A stretch of DNA of 64,000 nt. Origin: Octopus sinensis. Lineage: Eukaryota. A program made the position numbers and the translations under genes. The notes beneath the pieces are model-generated. The model saw only the letters and a list, made by a program, of their open reading frames with translations. It was not told the origin of the DNA and did not search any database. Shown here in pieces: positions 13,171 through 27,029 of this stretch (position 1 is its first letter; the number at the start of each line of letters is the position of its first letter). Where the stretch lies: the NCBI RefSeq assembly GCF_006345805.1, contig NC_042997.1:20522001-20586000 (forward strand), given 5' to 3'.

Positions 13171-15408
13171 CAGAGTTGTTTGTTAGTAAGAAGTAATGTC
13201 AAGGATTTAGGTTGGATTAGAGTCCATAGAAATCAGAGAAGGAAAGGGAGAATTATCCAATGAGTTTAATATTATTTTTTGGTGACTAGAGTATGTCAGA
13301 GTGTGTTGTGTTATCAGAATGTCACACTAAACCCATCAAGGACCTAATTAGAAATGTAATCATTTAACGAATAGATTGAATTAAAATGATAAATTAGGAT
13401 TTTATTAATAGAAAGTGGCCTTTAACACGAAGTAATTATTCTTTTAACAACCTGTCAGTTTCTTCTGTTTGATGTTAGATGTGTGTTTTTAACATAGTGG
13501 CATCATACAATAAATACTGATCAATTGGTGAATGACAGTTGTGACATCTTTTTAAGTTTGGCTTACTGAAGTTCTCATTCTATTTACTTTGTTAATCTCT
13601 TTGAGAGAAGCATAAATGTTCAAAATTTCCATCCTTAACTCTTCTAAAATGCTGCACATCATATCTATATAGAAAAGCATTGTACTATCAAGCAGTATCT
13701 AGAAATGGATATGTTGTTTTAGAAATAAGAAGTGAACTAGCATAGTGGACTCAGTGTTTGTCAGTTACTTCAGAATATAGGCTATAATGATTGGTATGGT
13801 TGTCACACATATATATAGAGAGAAAGATATTGTAAATAAAACTGATTCACAATAATCAACGTTGTTTACTTCAAAATAACAAGTTAAGACTAAATTTAAA
13901 GCAAAAGGAATATACATATCATACATCTACATATATGTGTGTGTGAGTGTGTGTGTGTGTCTTTTTGATCAACAAATTTGGATATTTTCTTCAACTGAAC
14001 TCCTAAGAAATCAACATTGGAAGAAGAAAGAAGAAAAAGAAATTCAAAGTAAATTCAATATTTATTTGCTGTGCATCTCTATAAATCACTGTGTTTTTCA
14101 TTCACATCATTTTGACAAAAAGATTTTGTTTTTGCCCATTAGTCAAGTAAATAACAGAGAGACAATTTCAATAGTAAAATTCCCAAGGATAATTTTACTA
14201 TTTTACTTTTATGTTTTATAAGACTTAAATGAATTCAATAGTCTAATGATAATGTGAATATAAAACTAAATTGGTGGAAATACTGCTTTGTTTTAGATTG
14301 AGAAAAAAATTAATAAATGAATAGACAAAATAAAATAAAGTAAAGCATTTTTCTCAAAGAAGTAAAATATAAACTCTCCTTCTATTTCATTGCATTATGA
14401 CAAGAAATGATTTAAAAGCCCTTTTGATATTAGATAAAAGAATGCAATATCACTCTCCTGTATTTTTTGACTATCTGTTTGTACACATTGTTGCATTTAA
14501 ATACATTTAAGATTTCACCAGTGTTAGAGAACATAAAACAGTGGTAACATTTACCTCTTGAAACTAGCAAGAAAAGAATAATTTCTCTATATCATGTCGA
14601 GAAAATATCATTGATATATCAAGAATATTATCATAGATTATATTCTAATGCATTTCAATATCTAAGACTATCAGCTCTAGCTAAGCAAATGTAAGCCAGA
14701 GAAAATTTGGTTGGAAAGAAGCACTTCAGATAAAGACAACCAAAAAAAAAAAATTAAAATGTCTATAATAAATTATAAAAATCTGAATGTAAATACAAAG
14801 AAGCTTTCTGCTGTAAGATGCGGTAAAAACAGTAATTGATCGTTTCAATCTGATCAGAAAATAGAATCGCATCAAATGGGAACTGATTTGTTTTTAAGGT
14901 TGCCTCAGCTAAATACTTTTAAATTGCCAAAATGTTTCTAATCTGTTGAAGAAGAAATGCACTTACTCTGTGCTTGACTGGCTACTTCATTGAAATAAGG
15001 CTATGAGCTCAATGGATTCTTGCTCTTTCATTAATTGTAAACTTGGCTAGGGATAAAAAGGAAGAACCAAATGTACATTTGACCCAGAATATGTCACACC
15101 TTTTGAAGCGGATACTAAAATCTTTCCTGTTAAAAACAGCTAATTGCCTGCCATCAGTTGAATATTTATAGCATCATTTAAGCCAACATCAAAAGAAGAT
15201 ATCTCCTTTGATGACAAATTCACTAGATTGTTAAGCTTCAAATTTATGTTGCTTGAAATGTTATTTGTTATGCTATATAAATTTCTACACTGCAGCTTTC
15301 AATATGTACATAAGAATTATCTTGTTCCAAATACATGTAGAAAAACTGCATTTAGCAGATAGCTATAAGCTTTCAAATTTATTCCCCCCATTTATTATCA
15401 TGTCATTT

Positions 15409-15410
<2 letters not shown>

Positions 15411-15449
<39 letters not shown>

Positions 15450-15474
15450 TTCTCTCTCTCTTTTTTTCTCTCTC

Positions 15475-15506
<32 letters not shown>

Positions 15507-15560
15507 ACTCTTTCTCTTTCTCTCTCTTTCTCACTCTCTTTTTCTCTCGCTCTCTTTTGC
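15411..15560. repeat. (CT)n-rich pyrimidine tract
   Basis: Direct reading. Confidence 0.95.
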
Positions 15561-16179
15561 CATCTTTTTGAATGAAACTTTTAAAAGAGTATCTCATCTA
15601 TTAAACAACTTACACTACATTATGGTAAACAATGATTTTACACTAACCTATTGGAAAATGCAAAATGATGAACATTTATACTACATGTTTAGTTAAGCTG
15701 GTGTGTATTAAACACAGATGTAATATATTTAACATGAAAGATAAAGTGCATTTAATAATATATATTTCCTTTAAATTATTGTAATATACTTTAGCATAGC
15801 AATGAGTCATACATAGAGGAGAGTTTAAAGAAAACTGAACTGGCTTATAAAAGAAAATACCAATAAAACCTCTAAACTTTCTTGAGAATTCTCCGTAGTA
15901 ATGGGTATATAAATATATGTAATCATGACATATAACCAGATGTCTGTGTGGTTAAGAAGCTTATTTCTTAATCATGTGGTCTTGGGTTCAAACCTACTGT
16001 ATGGCAACTTTGGCAAGTATGTTCAACTCAGCTCTGGGCCAACCAAAGCCTTGAGAGTGGATTTGGTAAACAGAAAATGAAAAAAGCCTGTTGTGCATGA
16101 GTGTGTGTGTTTGTATATATATATATATATATTATATATATATATATAAGTTTTTTCATTCTCTCTCTGTTTATTTTCT

Positions 16180-16300
16180 CTTATTCCTTTTTGTTGAAGA
16201 GCACAGGCTCAAAACGTAAATGGCTTTTATCATTTTCCTGAGCATCAAACTAATACACTTGCTTGTTGTTCACAAACCTGTCTTTGTCTTTTTTTCTATA
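16180..16300 (+). mobile_element. PLE pLTR fragment with degenerate variant hammerhead
   Basis: Reverse-complement relative of 62720-62845: CTTT-TTGTTGA-A-GAGC-ACAG-GCTC-AAAA-CG-TA. Confidence 0.5.
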
Positions 16301-16309
16301 AATTTCATA

Positions 16310-16697
16310 TATCATCATCATCATCATCGTTTAACGTCTGTTTCCTGTGCTAGCATGGGTTGGACGGTTCGACCGGGGTATGGGAAGCCAGGAAGCTGCA
16401 CCAGGCTCCAGTCTGATCTGGCAGTGTTTCTACAGCTGGATGCCCTTCCTAATGCCAACCACTCCGTGAGTATAGTGAATGCTTTTTATGTGCCGCCGGC
16501 ACAGAAGCCAGTCAAGGCGGCGCTGGCATCGGCCACATTCAGATGGTGCATTTTACGTACCATTGACACAGGTATCATAACTATAATTTCTATTTGATAT
16601 TTATTTTGATGTTGATGTATTTGACTCAATAGGTCTCCTTAAGCACAGCAGGGCACCCTACAATCCAAGGAAAGCACAGCAGGTCGTTCTGCAATCC

Positions 16698-16700
<3 letters not shown>
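16310..16700 (-). mobile_element. RTE-tail element
   Basis: Family match and (CAT)n tail. Confidence 0.85.
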
Positions 16701-16730
<30 letters not shown>

Positions 16731-18052
16731 TCAGGTGATAGATATAAACAAGTGATTCAGTTGCACATGTGGTGTCCTTCATTTACAATATCCTATGGAA
16801 ACATGTCCAGCCACTGAGAAATGTTACACTGCTTGGAAACAGGTGAGGGTTGGTGATAAAGTTTTCTCACCAGCTACTCTTCTGCAGCCTCTAACTGTAT
16901 AAATTTGCCTCAGTGAATTTTCTTTGACCTATGCAAGCAAGGAAGTTTGGACATTAAAGCAAAATGAACAAAAACAAAGTGATTGCATAATAATTGTATT
17001 TACTATTTCGTGAAATGTTGATTAATTAGCATATTTTTTGTTATTTTCATCTTGTTATTTGAATTGAAAACATAAACAATAATACTTTGGAAGACGAAAA
17101 CAAATATTGAAGGAACAGATAACATTGAAGTTAAAACAAGGAAACGGTAGAAATTTACTTGAGTAGCAGAAAATTGTTACCATTGTGAATTATTAAATTT
17201 TTGAAATTTCAAACAGAACCAGTCAATGAATGTAATGGGAAAGAATGGCAGGAAAAAAGCAAAATCAATAAGACATTATGAATTAATTGAATTTCTCTTC
17301 TGATGGAAATTTAAAAAAATAAACAAAATAAAAAAAAAAGAAGAAAAAAACAGAGAAACAAAAAGGACAAAAAACAAACACAGTCACTAATGTCAGCTAA
17401 TTTTTCCTTTTACATCTTTGATCAGATATTTTTGGAAATATGAGAAGTATACGTATAAAAGAGAACACTTACCAATTTATATGCAATATGGTAGTAATAA
17501 AGAAATCTATAAAACTATCACCAAGTTTAACTGGTTGTTTAAAAAAAGGCAGCAAGGAAAGTAAAATTATATTTCATTATATTAAAAGCTATAATTTTTC
17601 TTTCACATTAAATGACTTCTCTATTTATTTTTAACATTTTATTGGCCATAGACAATTTTTTTCCATAATATATTTTCCAAGCAATGAATAGAAATTTGGT
17701 ATGTGATTGGAAAATATTTATGAATTAAAACAAAAGAGAAATGAAATTACATAAACATATCTCACAAATGTTCTTATATTGTTTTATGTATTTCATTTTG
17801 TAAGCTTCTGTTTTTGGCTTCGTTTATATTTTAGTTTAATGATAAACATGTATTTTGTTGTTCCAAAAATTTTCAGCAAAATATCTCAACCTGATTCTAA
17901 TAAGTATAGACAAACGCTTTCTCTCTCATGTTTTTCCTTAAAGTACAAATAAAATTATAAAAAAATTTTGAATGTGGCTTTTAAATTTAGAATGGAATAT
18001 TTGGAAGGAAGAGAGGACAAACATCAAGCTTGACTAACTCTTAGTCTCTAAT

Positions 18053-18203
18053 GCCCTCCTCCTACTCTTTCACCGCCACCTCCTCCTTGTCACCATCCTC
18101 CTCCGCCTCCTCCTCCTCCTCCTCCTCCTCCTCATCATCATCATCACCATCATTATCATTAACTTCATCATCATCATCATCTTCATCATCATCATCATCA
18201 TCA
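18053..18203. repeat. (TCC)n/(TCA)n tract
   Basis: Direct reading. Confidence 0.9.
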
Positions 18204-18815
18204 CCCATTTCATTTCCATTTTTCTACGCTAGCATGGATTAAACAAAATTTTATCAAAGCTAATTTTCTACTGCCAGATGCTCTTCCTGTCATCAACTAT
18301 AACTGTTTTCTATATGAGGTATTTTTTTCCATTCTGTTGATCATCACAAATCAACTAAACTACTCGTATGGACCATTTGTTCTCCGGTGAAAGTAAATGA
18401 TGTCATTGCCTTTTACAATAATAATGCTGGTATTGGCATACAAAATTGAAATTTATGCATACATGCTCACACATATTGTATTCACACATTCTTACATACA
18501 TAAAAACATATAGACACAGATATAAGGCTTCCTTGCAAGCTTCCATCGACCAGTTTGATGGACTTCATTGCAGTTTCCATTACCAATTTCTCTTAGGTGC
18601 TGCACAATAGAACTAAATCTAAGATCATGTGATTGTGAAGTACACTTCTTAACCCCACAATAATGCCCATACTAACCAGATGTTTTTAGCATAATAAAAT
18701 CTCAGTGCCATTTGTAGAACTAAATAATCAGTTCATTTTCTTATTTGTTTTATGGTTTCTAAGAAAATGAACAGATTATTTAGTTCTACAAATGGCACTG
18801 AGATATGACTTATAC

Positions 18816-18849
<34 letters not shown>

Positions 18850-18906
18850 ATAAGTCAGTAAATGGTGGGGTTGTGTTAATCACACATGGAGAAATGATAG
18901 GAGATG

Positions 18907-19302
18907 GGGGGATGGATGGAAGCACTCCGTCGGTTACGACGACGAGGGTTCCGGTTGATCCGAATCAACGGAACAGCCTGCTCGTGAAATTAACGTGTAA
19001 GTGGCTGAGCACTCCACAGACACGTGCACCCTTAACGTAGTTCTCGGGGATATTCAGCATGACACAGAGAGTGACAAGGCCGGCCCTTTGAAATACAGGT
19101 ACAACAGAAACAGGAAGTAAGAGTGAGAGAAAGTTGTGGTGAAAGAGTACAGCAGGGATCACCACCATCCCCTGCCGGAGCCTCGTGGAGCTTTTAGGTG
19201 TTTTCGCTCAATAAACACTCACAACGCCCAGTCTGGGAATCGAAATCGCGATCGTATGACTGCGAGTCCGCTGCCCTAACCACTGGGCCATTGCACTTCC
19301 AC
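18907..19302 (-). mobile_element. tRNA(Arg)-like SINE family C with TSD
   Basis: Minus strand has A box tggcccagtggttaggg, anticodon-like ggacTCGc and B box tttcgattccc. TSD gataggagatg at 18896-18906 and 19303-19313. Confidence 0.85.
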
Positions 19303-20269
19303 GATAGGAGATGAAAAATTATAATATGGCAGAATGCTAAATTGAAAGTAAATTTTAATAAAAATGGGTGTATGAAAAATTAAAAAAGAAAACATAATAA
19401 ATCAAACCTGGCTTTCATTGCAAGGCAAATTTTCAAGATTTGAAAGGGGAAAAAATTTTTGAGTGGAGGGTCAAATTAATTTCATCAACCCCAGGAATTG
19501 ATGAAGTTATTTAAGAAGAAAATAGCCCAGCTGTATTAGACTACTTAAGAACATGAATCCAAAAATATTATAGAAGGCATTTATGCTCTAAACTTGTGTT
19601 TCTCGACCATTTTTTACCAATGGGCCCTTTTTGGTTAGTATGATTCTCTGGTGATGTTTAAAAACTAGTTTTATTGATACTTCTTTAAAAATTCCTATTT
19701 TGTTGTTCACAAATTGACTTGAGTATGTTGTACTATATAAAAACTGTTTGTTGTGATACATAAATGTAAAACTAAACTTTACATGGACTCTTAAAATGGA
19801 ACTGTAGATCCACAGAAAGAATTATCATTAGTATTTTGGGGGCATCAGTAGAATTGCATGGTTAAGAAGTTCAATTTTCTATGGTTCCAAGTTTGGTTCC
19901 ATTGTGTGGCACCTTTGACAAGTGTCTTCAGTCAGAGGACATATTCTCAGTAAAAACCAACCACACCCATATGTTCACACACAAACTTTGGTGATGTTGC
20001 AAATTATCTTTCTTTGATCAAATATATTTTCTACTGAGAAACACCTTTTCATTCTACTATTTTTGTCTGTCATTTTCTTGACATGCTTCATCAATCACAG
20101 AACCATTACCCAGTTTCTTAATTTCATTCATTTTACCTTTCTCTGTCTCTTGTGGAAGGACCTGCTTCATTTGTACAGCTGGAAGTTAATTACCTTACCG
20201 CTACCCAATTTGTTTCCATTATTTTCATTCCTGAAATTTTTTTGGTTATATTACCCATAGAAATGTGAA

Positions 20270-20590
20270 GGCTTGCAGTTTAGTGGTTAAGGTATTTGGC
20301 TCACGATTGTAAGATCATGGTTTCAATTCCAAGCCGTGAGTTGCATCCTAGAGCAAGACATTTTACTTCATGTTGCTTCAGCTCATTCAGTCGGCAAAAA
20401 TTAGTAGTACCTACATTTCAAACAGCCAGTCTTGTCAAATTATGTATCATACTGAATTTCCCTGAGAACTACGTTAAAGGTATGCATGACTGTGAAATGC
20501 TCAACCACTTTGACATTAATTTCCTAAGCAGGCTGTTCCATTGTTGATTGGATCAACTGGAACCCTCATTTTCACAACCAACAGAGTACC
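20270..20590 (+). mobile_element. SINE family C variant, diverged
   Basis: Head and 3' half similar to 18907-19302. Confidence 0.65.
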
Positions 20591-21822
20591 AGTTAATGTA
20601 GAACCCATCTCCACATTACACTGATAATGGACTGAAATAGAACTAGTATTTCAATCTACAATGACGCATAAAGCTGTTAAGTATTTTTCAAATTTCCAGC
20701 AATTGTAAGGAGTTAAAAATATTTCAGAAAGTGGATGGTAAGTTGATCAAAAACAACAAAGGGTTGAGAGGGCTGTTTTGTCTTGTCAAGGGCATGGAAA
20801 CTTCTCTAGTGCTGGTGCCATGAAAAACACCCAGTGCACTCTGTATAGTGGTGGAAATCAAGCAAAAATAGAGACAACTGAGTGAGATGGTGCCCTCCAA
20901 CCCATTTAGGATAATAGTAGCTGAAAAGAACTATGTCTTACCATAATGAACTGGCCAAACCCTGCCATCATGGAAAGTAGACATAAAATATTGATAGCCA
21001 CCCAGGTATGTACAATAAAGTAATGCAAAAATTTAATGGAAAATCTTTAAAGTATGACCTGGTAAAAATGCACTTACCTAACTAGATTGTTCCACTTTCT
21101 CTTTTTACTGTTTAATCACGGGGAACAAATGCTATGATCTTTTGTGTTTTAAGGCTTTCAATACTTATAGAAGGATGGAAGGAAGTTATACTAAAGGCAT
21201 TCAAGCACCAAATGAAAGTGGCATGTTAAACTGGGTCACAGATTAAGTCTGCTCAAGAACTTAGAATGCAAAGCAGAAGAAACACTGCAATACACTTTGC
21301 CTGGTGAGCTAACAGTTCTATCAATCCATCGTCTTGGATTGGTGCTTAAAGACAAGATTGATCTCAAAATATTTGAACTTAGATTGCAGAGATCTGGAAG
21401 AAGTCTTATAAATCATTTTGCCCTACACTTTAACAACTCTACAAGTTTGTTGCTTGTCGTCACTTTGCTAGATTTGATATAGAAACAGAAAATGCAGACA
21501 ATGAATTTTATTTGCAAGATAAACTAATCTGTGTGGATCTTGAATCTAAATCATTGACCAAAAGTTAAAACTTTAATGATTAGCAGAGCAGTGTAAATAA
21601 CGCAACAAAACACCTTGAGATTTTTGCAGCAGATGAGCCATTTATATCTACATTCTTAAGTTCATATATTGCTGAAGGGTAAAGTTCATATATGGTTGAA
21701 GGTTAAAGTTTTTTTTCTTAAAACAGGGAAACAGAGACTGGATCTGGAAAGGCAAGGTGAAATACTACTAACACTAATGTTCAACCAAATATTAATGCTC
21801 TTGCTAATATATGGCAACCATA

Positions 21823-22036
21823 AGGTGGTGAGCTGGCAGAAACATTAGCATGCCTGGTGAAATGCTTAGTGGTATTTTGTCTACCTTTACGTTCTGAGTT
21901 CAAATTCCGCCGAGGTTGACTTTGCCTTTCATCCTTTCGGGGTTGATAAGTTAGGTACCAATTGTGTACTGGGGTTGATCTAATCGACTACTCCCACTCT
22001 CCCAAAATTTCGGGCCTCATACCTAGAGTAGAAAAG
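21823..22036 (+). mobile_element. tRNA-derived SINE family B (Nin/Deu-like domain)
   Basis: gagctggcagaaac..gagttcaaattcc..gactttgcctttcatcctttcggggttgataa..gtacca, with an imperfect TSD ending gcaaccata on both sides. Confidence 0.8.
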
Positions 22037-22910
22037 AATACATAGCAACCATATCTCATCCGTTAATGATGTCAGCTAATTCAATAAAAAGATATGGTAA
22101 TTTATTTTACCAAGTTAATGTTGCCTATATTACTCACAGTACTTCTTCTATCAATAATATTATTTTATAATTGTCATAGATATTAACATTATTATTCATT
22201 TATGCCTGAGGTTAATAATGAATCAGCAGTTCCATAATGGATACAATTGTCAAAATATTTTGTGAACATTTCTTTGATTTAAAGCGTTTTGTTGTTTAAG
22301 AACTTAGCCTTTATTTAATGATGTTGTCCACATCTGGAAAAACAAATTTGAAATTAGATGTGCACATTGTAATATTCAATATGAATTAATAACAACTTTT
22401 CCTGTATTTGGAATCAGCTTGTTAGGATCTAGGCATTTCTTAATATTCTCTGTAGTAAACATTCACATATTATAACGAGTTGTGTGTAAGTACCTACAGC
22501 AAGTATAGTGAGATGCTAAACTTAATTTCCTGTACATTTAACCTTTAACATAGTAATTAGAAATAATTGAATTGTCATTAACTAACCATAATAACTTTGA
22601 GCTTATCACTTGACAGCCAATGTATTGGCCTGTACGAATGCATCAGCCTTTGGTTTGTAATATAGCTTGTTATAGTGATAAATGAATAAGGCTATGGTTA
22701 CACAGAAATTAACAGTAAAATATGTATATATTTATATACATACACCCATGCATATATATATATATATGTGCACACACACATATATATTTATTCTTACATT
22801 CATACATACATACATATGTGTGTGTGTGACCTGTGGAAAGTCTGAGTGCTAACACAATAGAATATGTGATGGTTTTTGGTGAGCAGCACAGACTTTTATG
22901 ATTCTGTAAG

Positions 22911-22949
<39 letters not shown>

Positions 22950-22980
22950 ATAAGTTTAAAGCTTATAAGTGATCACTGTC

Positions 22981-23140
22981 CAGTGACTGAATAAAATAGT
23001 CTAATGTTGGGGCAAATAAGCCCTTGATGGAAAGAAGTAGGGTTCTCATATGTGTGGTGTGTTCCACATGTATGAGAATCCTACTTTTTCCTGCTGAAGG
23101 CTTATATGCCCCAGTATTGGACTATTTTTTTCAGTCATTG
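22981..23140. repeat. ~160-bp imperfect palindrome (MITE-like)
   Basis: Arms of ~77 bp around a ~6-nt loop at ~23058-23063. Confidence 0.7.
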
Positions 23141-23159
23141 CAAAATGACACTTTAAATG

Positions 23160-23545
23160 ACAGATTTAACGTCTGCTTTCCATGCTAGCATGGGTTGGAC
23201 GATTTGACTGAGGTCTGGCAAACCAGACTCCAATCTTATCTGGCAGAGTTTCTACAGCTGGATGCCCTTCCTAACGCCAACCACTCTGAGAGTGTATTGG
23301 ATGCTTTTATGTGCCACTGGCACAAGGGCCAGTTTGGTGGTACTGGCAACAACAATTGATTAATCTTAATAAGTAGTATTGGTTTCAAATTTTGGCACAA
23401 GACCAGAGAGTTTGTGAGAGGGAGTAAGTCAAGTACATTGACCTTAACGCTCAAGTGGTTCTTATTTTATCAACCCCAAAAGGATGAAGGCAAAGTCAAC
23501 CTCAGTGGAATTTGAATTCTGAACATGACAATGGCCAAAATGTCA
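23160..23545. mobile_element. RTE-tail fragment followed by SINE family B fragment
   Basis: Family matches. Confidence 0.65.
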
Positions 23546-23624
23546 CTGTGGGGTGTGTCCTGGCCAGGTTCCTCCTTTGTCTCACCAGGGTGTTCTCCTG
23601 TACATTGCACCCGATTCTCATGCT

Positions 23625-24026
23625 CTCTTTACTTGTTTCAGTCATTTGACTGCGGCCATGCTAGAACACCACCTTTTAGTTGAGCAAATCAACCCCAGGA
23701 CTTATTCTTTGGAAGCCTAGTACTTATTGTACCTGTGTCTTTTGCCGAACCACTATGTTATGGGGACGTAAACACATTACCATCGGTTGTCAAATGATGT
23801 TGAGGGGACAAACACAGACACACAATCATATACACATACATATATATATATATACATATATACGACGGGCTTCTTTCAGTTTCCATCTACCAAATCCACT
23901 CACAAGGCATTGGTCAGCCTGAGGCTATAGTAGAAAACACTTGCCCAAGGTGCCACGCAGTGAGAATGAACACAGAACCCTGTGGTTGGTAAGCAAGCTA
24001 CTTATCACACAGCCACTCCTGTGCCT
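23625..24026 (-). mobile_element. SINE family A
   Basis: Full-length family match. Confidence 0.85.
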
Positions 24027-24116
24027 ATAATCATTCATAACATTTTTCCATCTTAGTAATAAAATAATTATTTCATATACTAAAATATGGTTGAAATAAC
24101 TTCAAACTAATGCAAT

Positions 24117-24162
<46 letters not shown>

Positions 24163-24182
24163 TTCAATAAATAAGATAAGTG

Positions 24183-24616
24183 AACGTGACACGTAAAAGC
24201 ACCATCCGTTCGTGTTCGTTGCCAGCCTCGGCTGGCCCCTGTGCCGGTGACACGTAAAAGCACCGTCCATTCGTGGCCGTTTGCCAGCTCTGTCTGGCCC
24301 CGTGTCGGTGGCACGTAAAAGCACCATCCGCTCGTGTTCGTTGCCAGCCTCGGCTGGCCCCGTGCCGGTGACACGTAAAAGCACGATCCGTTCGTGGCCG
24401 TTGTGCCAGCTCTGTCTGGCACCTGTGCAGGTGGCACGTAAAAAACACCCACTACACTCGCGGAGTGGTTGGCGTTAGGAAGGGCATCCAGCCGTAGAAA
24501 CACTGCCAAATCTGACTGGGCCTGATGAAGCCTTCCGGCTTCACAGACCCCAGTTAAGCCGTCCAACCCATGCTAGCATGGAAAACGGACGCTAAATGAT
24601 GATGATGATGATGATG
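24183..24616 (+). mobile_element. Young RTE-tail element with alternating ~60-bp A/B tandem units
   Basis: gtgRcacgtaaaagcacc recurs 5 times with alternating spacers; ends in (GAT)n. Confidence 0.85.
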
Positions 24617-24829
24617 AAGTGAAAAGGTAGAATTGTCACGTACTTTGCTATATTTTGATATTTTTTCATCTTCCCTTCCGTCTTTCCGCTTAAATTTCTG
24701 CTCTCCTCACTCTCACTTTATTGTCTTGCATGTATCTCTTTCTATCACTATGTCAATCTCACTCTCATTTTCTCTCCTTCTCTCTTCCTTTACATCTGTC
24801 ACTTTTTGAGTCCCTTTCCTTAACATTAC

Positions 24830-25110
24830 ATAAAAGATCTTCAATATCCTTCCGAAATACCTGAGAGACCTGCTCAGTGTGGATATAAATGTCTTTAAAA
24901 CAAAACTGGATCTCTTCCTGTCAAGGGTTCCAAATGAGCCTACCTCACAGCAGGAAACACAGATGAGGGCAACGGCATTAAACACCCCCATTGACCAAAT
25001 GCCACATATCAGAGGAGGTTTGAAGTAATAGTGTAGCTCAGTCAACGGCAGAGCCCTAGTATGACCGCAGCTTTGAAGCTTAAATATTTTAAAGAATATT
25101 AAAGAATATA
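24830..25110 (+). mobile_element. CR1/L2-group LINE 3' end
   Basis: KIFNILPKYLRDLLSVDINVFKTKLDLFLSRVPNEPT..GGLK*, then a 3' UTR hairpin gccctagtatgaccgcagctttgaagct. Confidence 0.7.
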
Positions 25111-25120
25111 TGTGTGTGTG

Positions 25121-25155
<35 letters not shown>

Positions 25156-25220
25156 AATTAACAGAATGAGAGAAAAAATCGAAGGCTGTGAACAGTTTAC
25201 AGAACATTTATAAAGTGTGT

Positions 25221-25268
25221 GTCTTACAGCTGTTTCCGGGATATTTTGTATATCCTTTCATCAGAAAC
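25221..25268 (-). ncRNA. Type I hammerhead motif
   Basis: GTTT-CTGATGA-aaGGATAT..ATATCCcg-GAAA-CAGCTG-TA^AGAC. Confidence 0.65.
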
Positions 25269-25528
25269 GGTATGGATGAAGATATATATAATATATCCCA
25301 GAGACCGCTGTAAAACCTTCTCTTTATAAATGTTCTGTAAACTATTCACTGCCTTGGACTTTTTTATCTTATTCTGTTAATTATTATATATATTCATGCT
25401 AATATATGACCCACGTTGGACTCCTCATTTCATATCATTATCGAACCAGGAGCTTAACTGTGGTCTGTCCATAGCACTTAGTATTACCTGACACCTTTGA
25501 GTCTTCTTGACAACAATACCTCTCTGCG

Positions 25529-25577
<49 letters not shown>

Positions 25578-26926
25578 TATATATATATACATATATACAC
25601 ATACATACATATATATATGTATGTATGTTGCAACCAACCATATACACTTGTCGATGGAACCCTGAAAGGTCTTATACATAGGCAACCTAGGCCCCCACAG
25701 ACATTCATTTAACACTAGGTCAAAAACAAAAACAACTAAAACAGCTAACAACAACAGGCTTCACCACCCACATACCTTCTCCAAGAATATAGATAGCACT
25801 CCTTTATATAAAATCTTTGATAGCACTACACCCAGATCCCCTAAAAAACAAGCAGCGGATGCTCTATTCTGTGGTACACACCCCCATTCTCGCTTAACAT
25901 TAAGAACTTAGCTAAATCCTTCTTTAAAATACTAGACTCTAACTTGCCTCAGCAACATAAATGTTATTCGATCTTTAATCAATCCACCCTGAAACTATCT
26001 TATTCTACCTCACCCAACTTCGAATCTATTGTAGCAGCCTCTAATAAGCAAAAGCTTTCTCTTTACTATCAAAACTCACATAACTACAACTCTAGTCATA
26101 CGAACACTCAGCACACACACAGCTCCAGCACAGATATCCTTACATTGGACCACAACCACAACCACAACCACAACCCAACCCATCCTACTGACACTACCAG
26201 CAACACCACCACAATCTCTACAACCCTTACAAATAGTACAATTAATAACAACAATAGTAATAATAGCAATGATGGTAATGATAATGTTAATAATACTAAT
26301 AATATAGAATCTTCTACCCCCTTCTCTAACCTCTCCTCTGACGATATTACCTCCTCTATTCCTGAACACAGCCCCCAAAATTCACCAAATTGTAATTGCC
26401 GTCTTGGAAGCATCTGCCCGTTACAAACCCATTGCAGAAGATAAAATGCAATTTACAAATGCACTGTCCTTAATCTATTACACAACTCTACAGCCATATA
26501 CATTTTAAGCAACAATATGCCGCTTACCTTCATTCTTTTAGATACGATAAACATAGTAAATCTACAACACTTGCCAACCACATGCATCATTTCAAAAATA
26601 CAAATATACCCTATACTCTATCATGTTCCATACTGGACTCAGGGCTTCCCTACCGAGGTCAACACTCAACCTGCAAACTTTGCCTGAAGGAGGCACTTCA
26701 CATATTAAAGCACAACTCTCCAGCACTGTTAAATAAACACCAATTTTAGATACTATTGGATTTTACTCACAAGGTATTGGAATCTTATATGTATACCATT
26801 CTACCTAAATAATGGATCTACAAATGCAATATCTCTGAATATCTCACATCTATTTTCATTCCTCTACTTCACTCCCTATTTCATATCTTATCTAAATTAA
26901 CTATGGCTTAACCATTTTCTCACACC

Positions 26927-26973
26927 GTCTCTGATGAAGGGATATAATAAATATCCTGAAACAGCTGTAAAAC
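26927..26973 (+). ncRNA. Type I hammerhead motif
   Basis: GTCT-CTGATGA-AGGGATAT-aataa-ATATCCT-GAAA-CAGCTG-TA^AAAC. Confidence 0.7.
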
Positions 26974-27029
26974 CTTCTATTTATAAATGTTTTAAAACCT
27001 TCACACCCTTGGTTTTTTATCTCATTCTG

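Noticed and set aside
19590-19810. hAT/Charlie-like MITE
   Set aside because: Only one plausible terminus and no TSD found.
24183-24450. CRISPR array
   Set aside because: The spacers alternate and are related to each other, the array lies inside a eukaryotic retroelement 3' region, and there are no cas genes.
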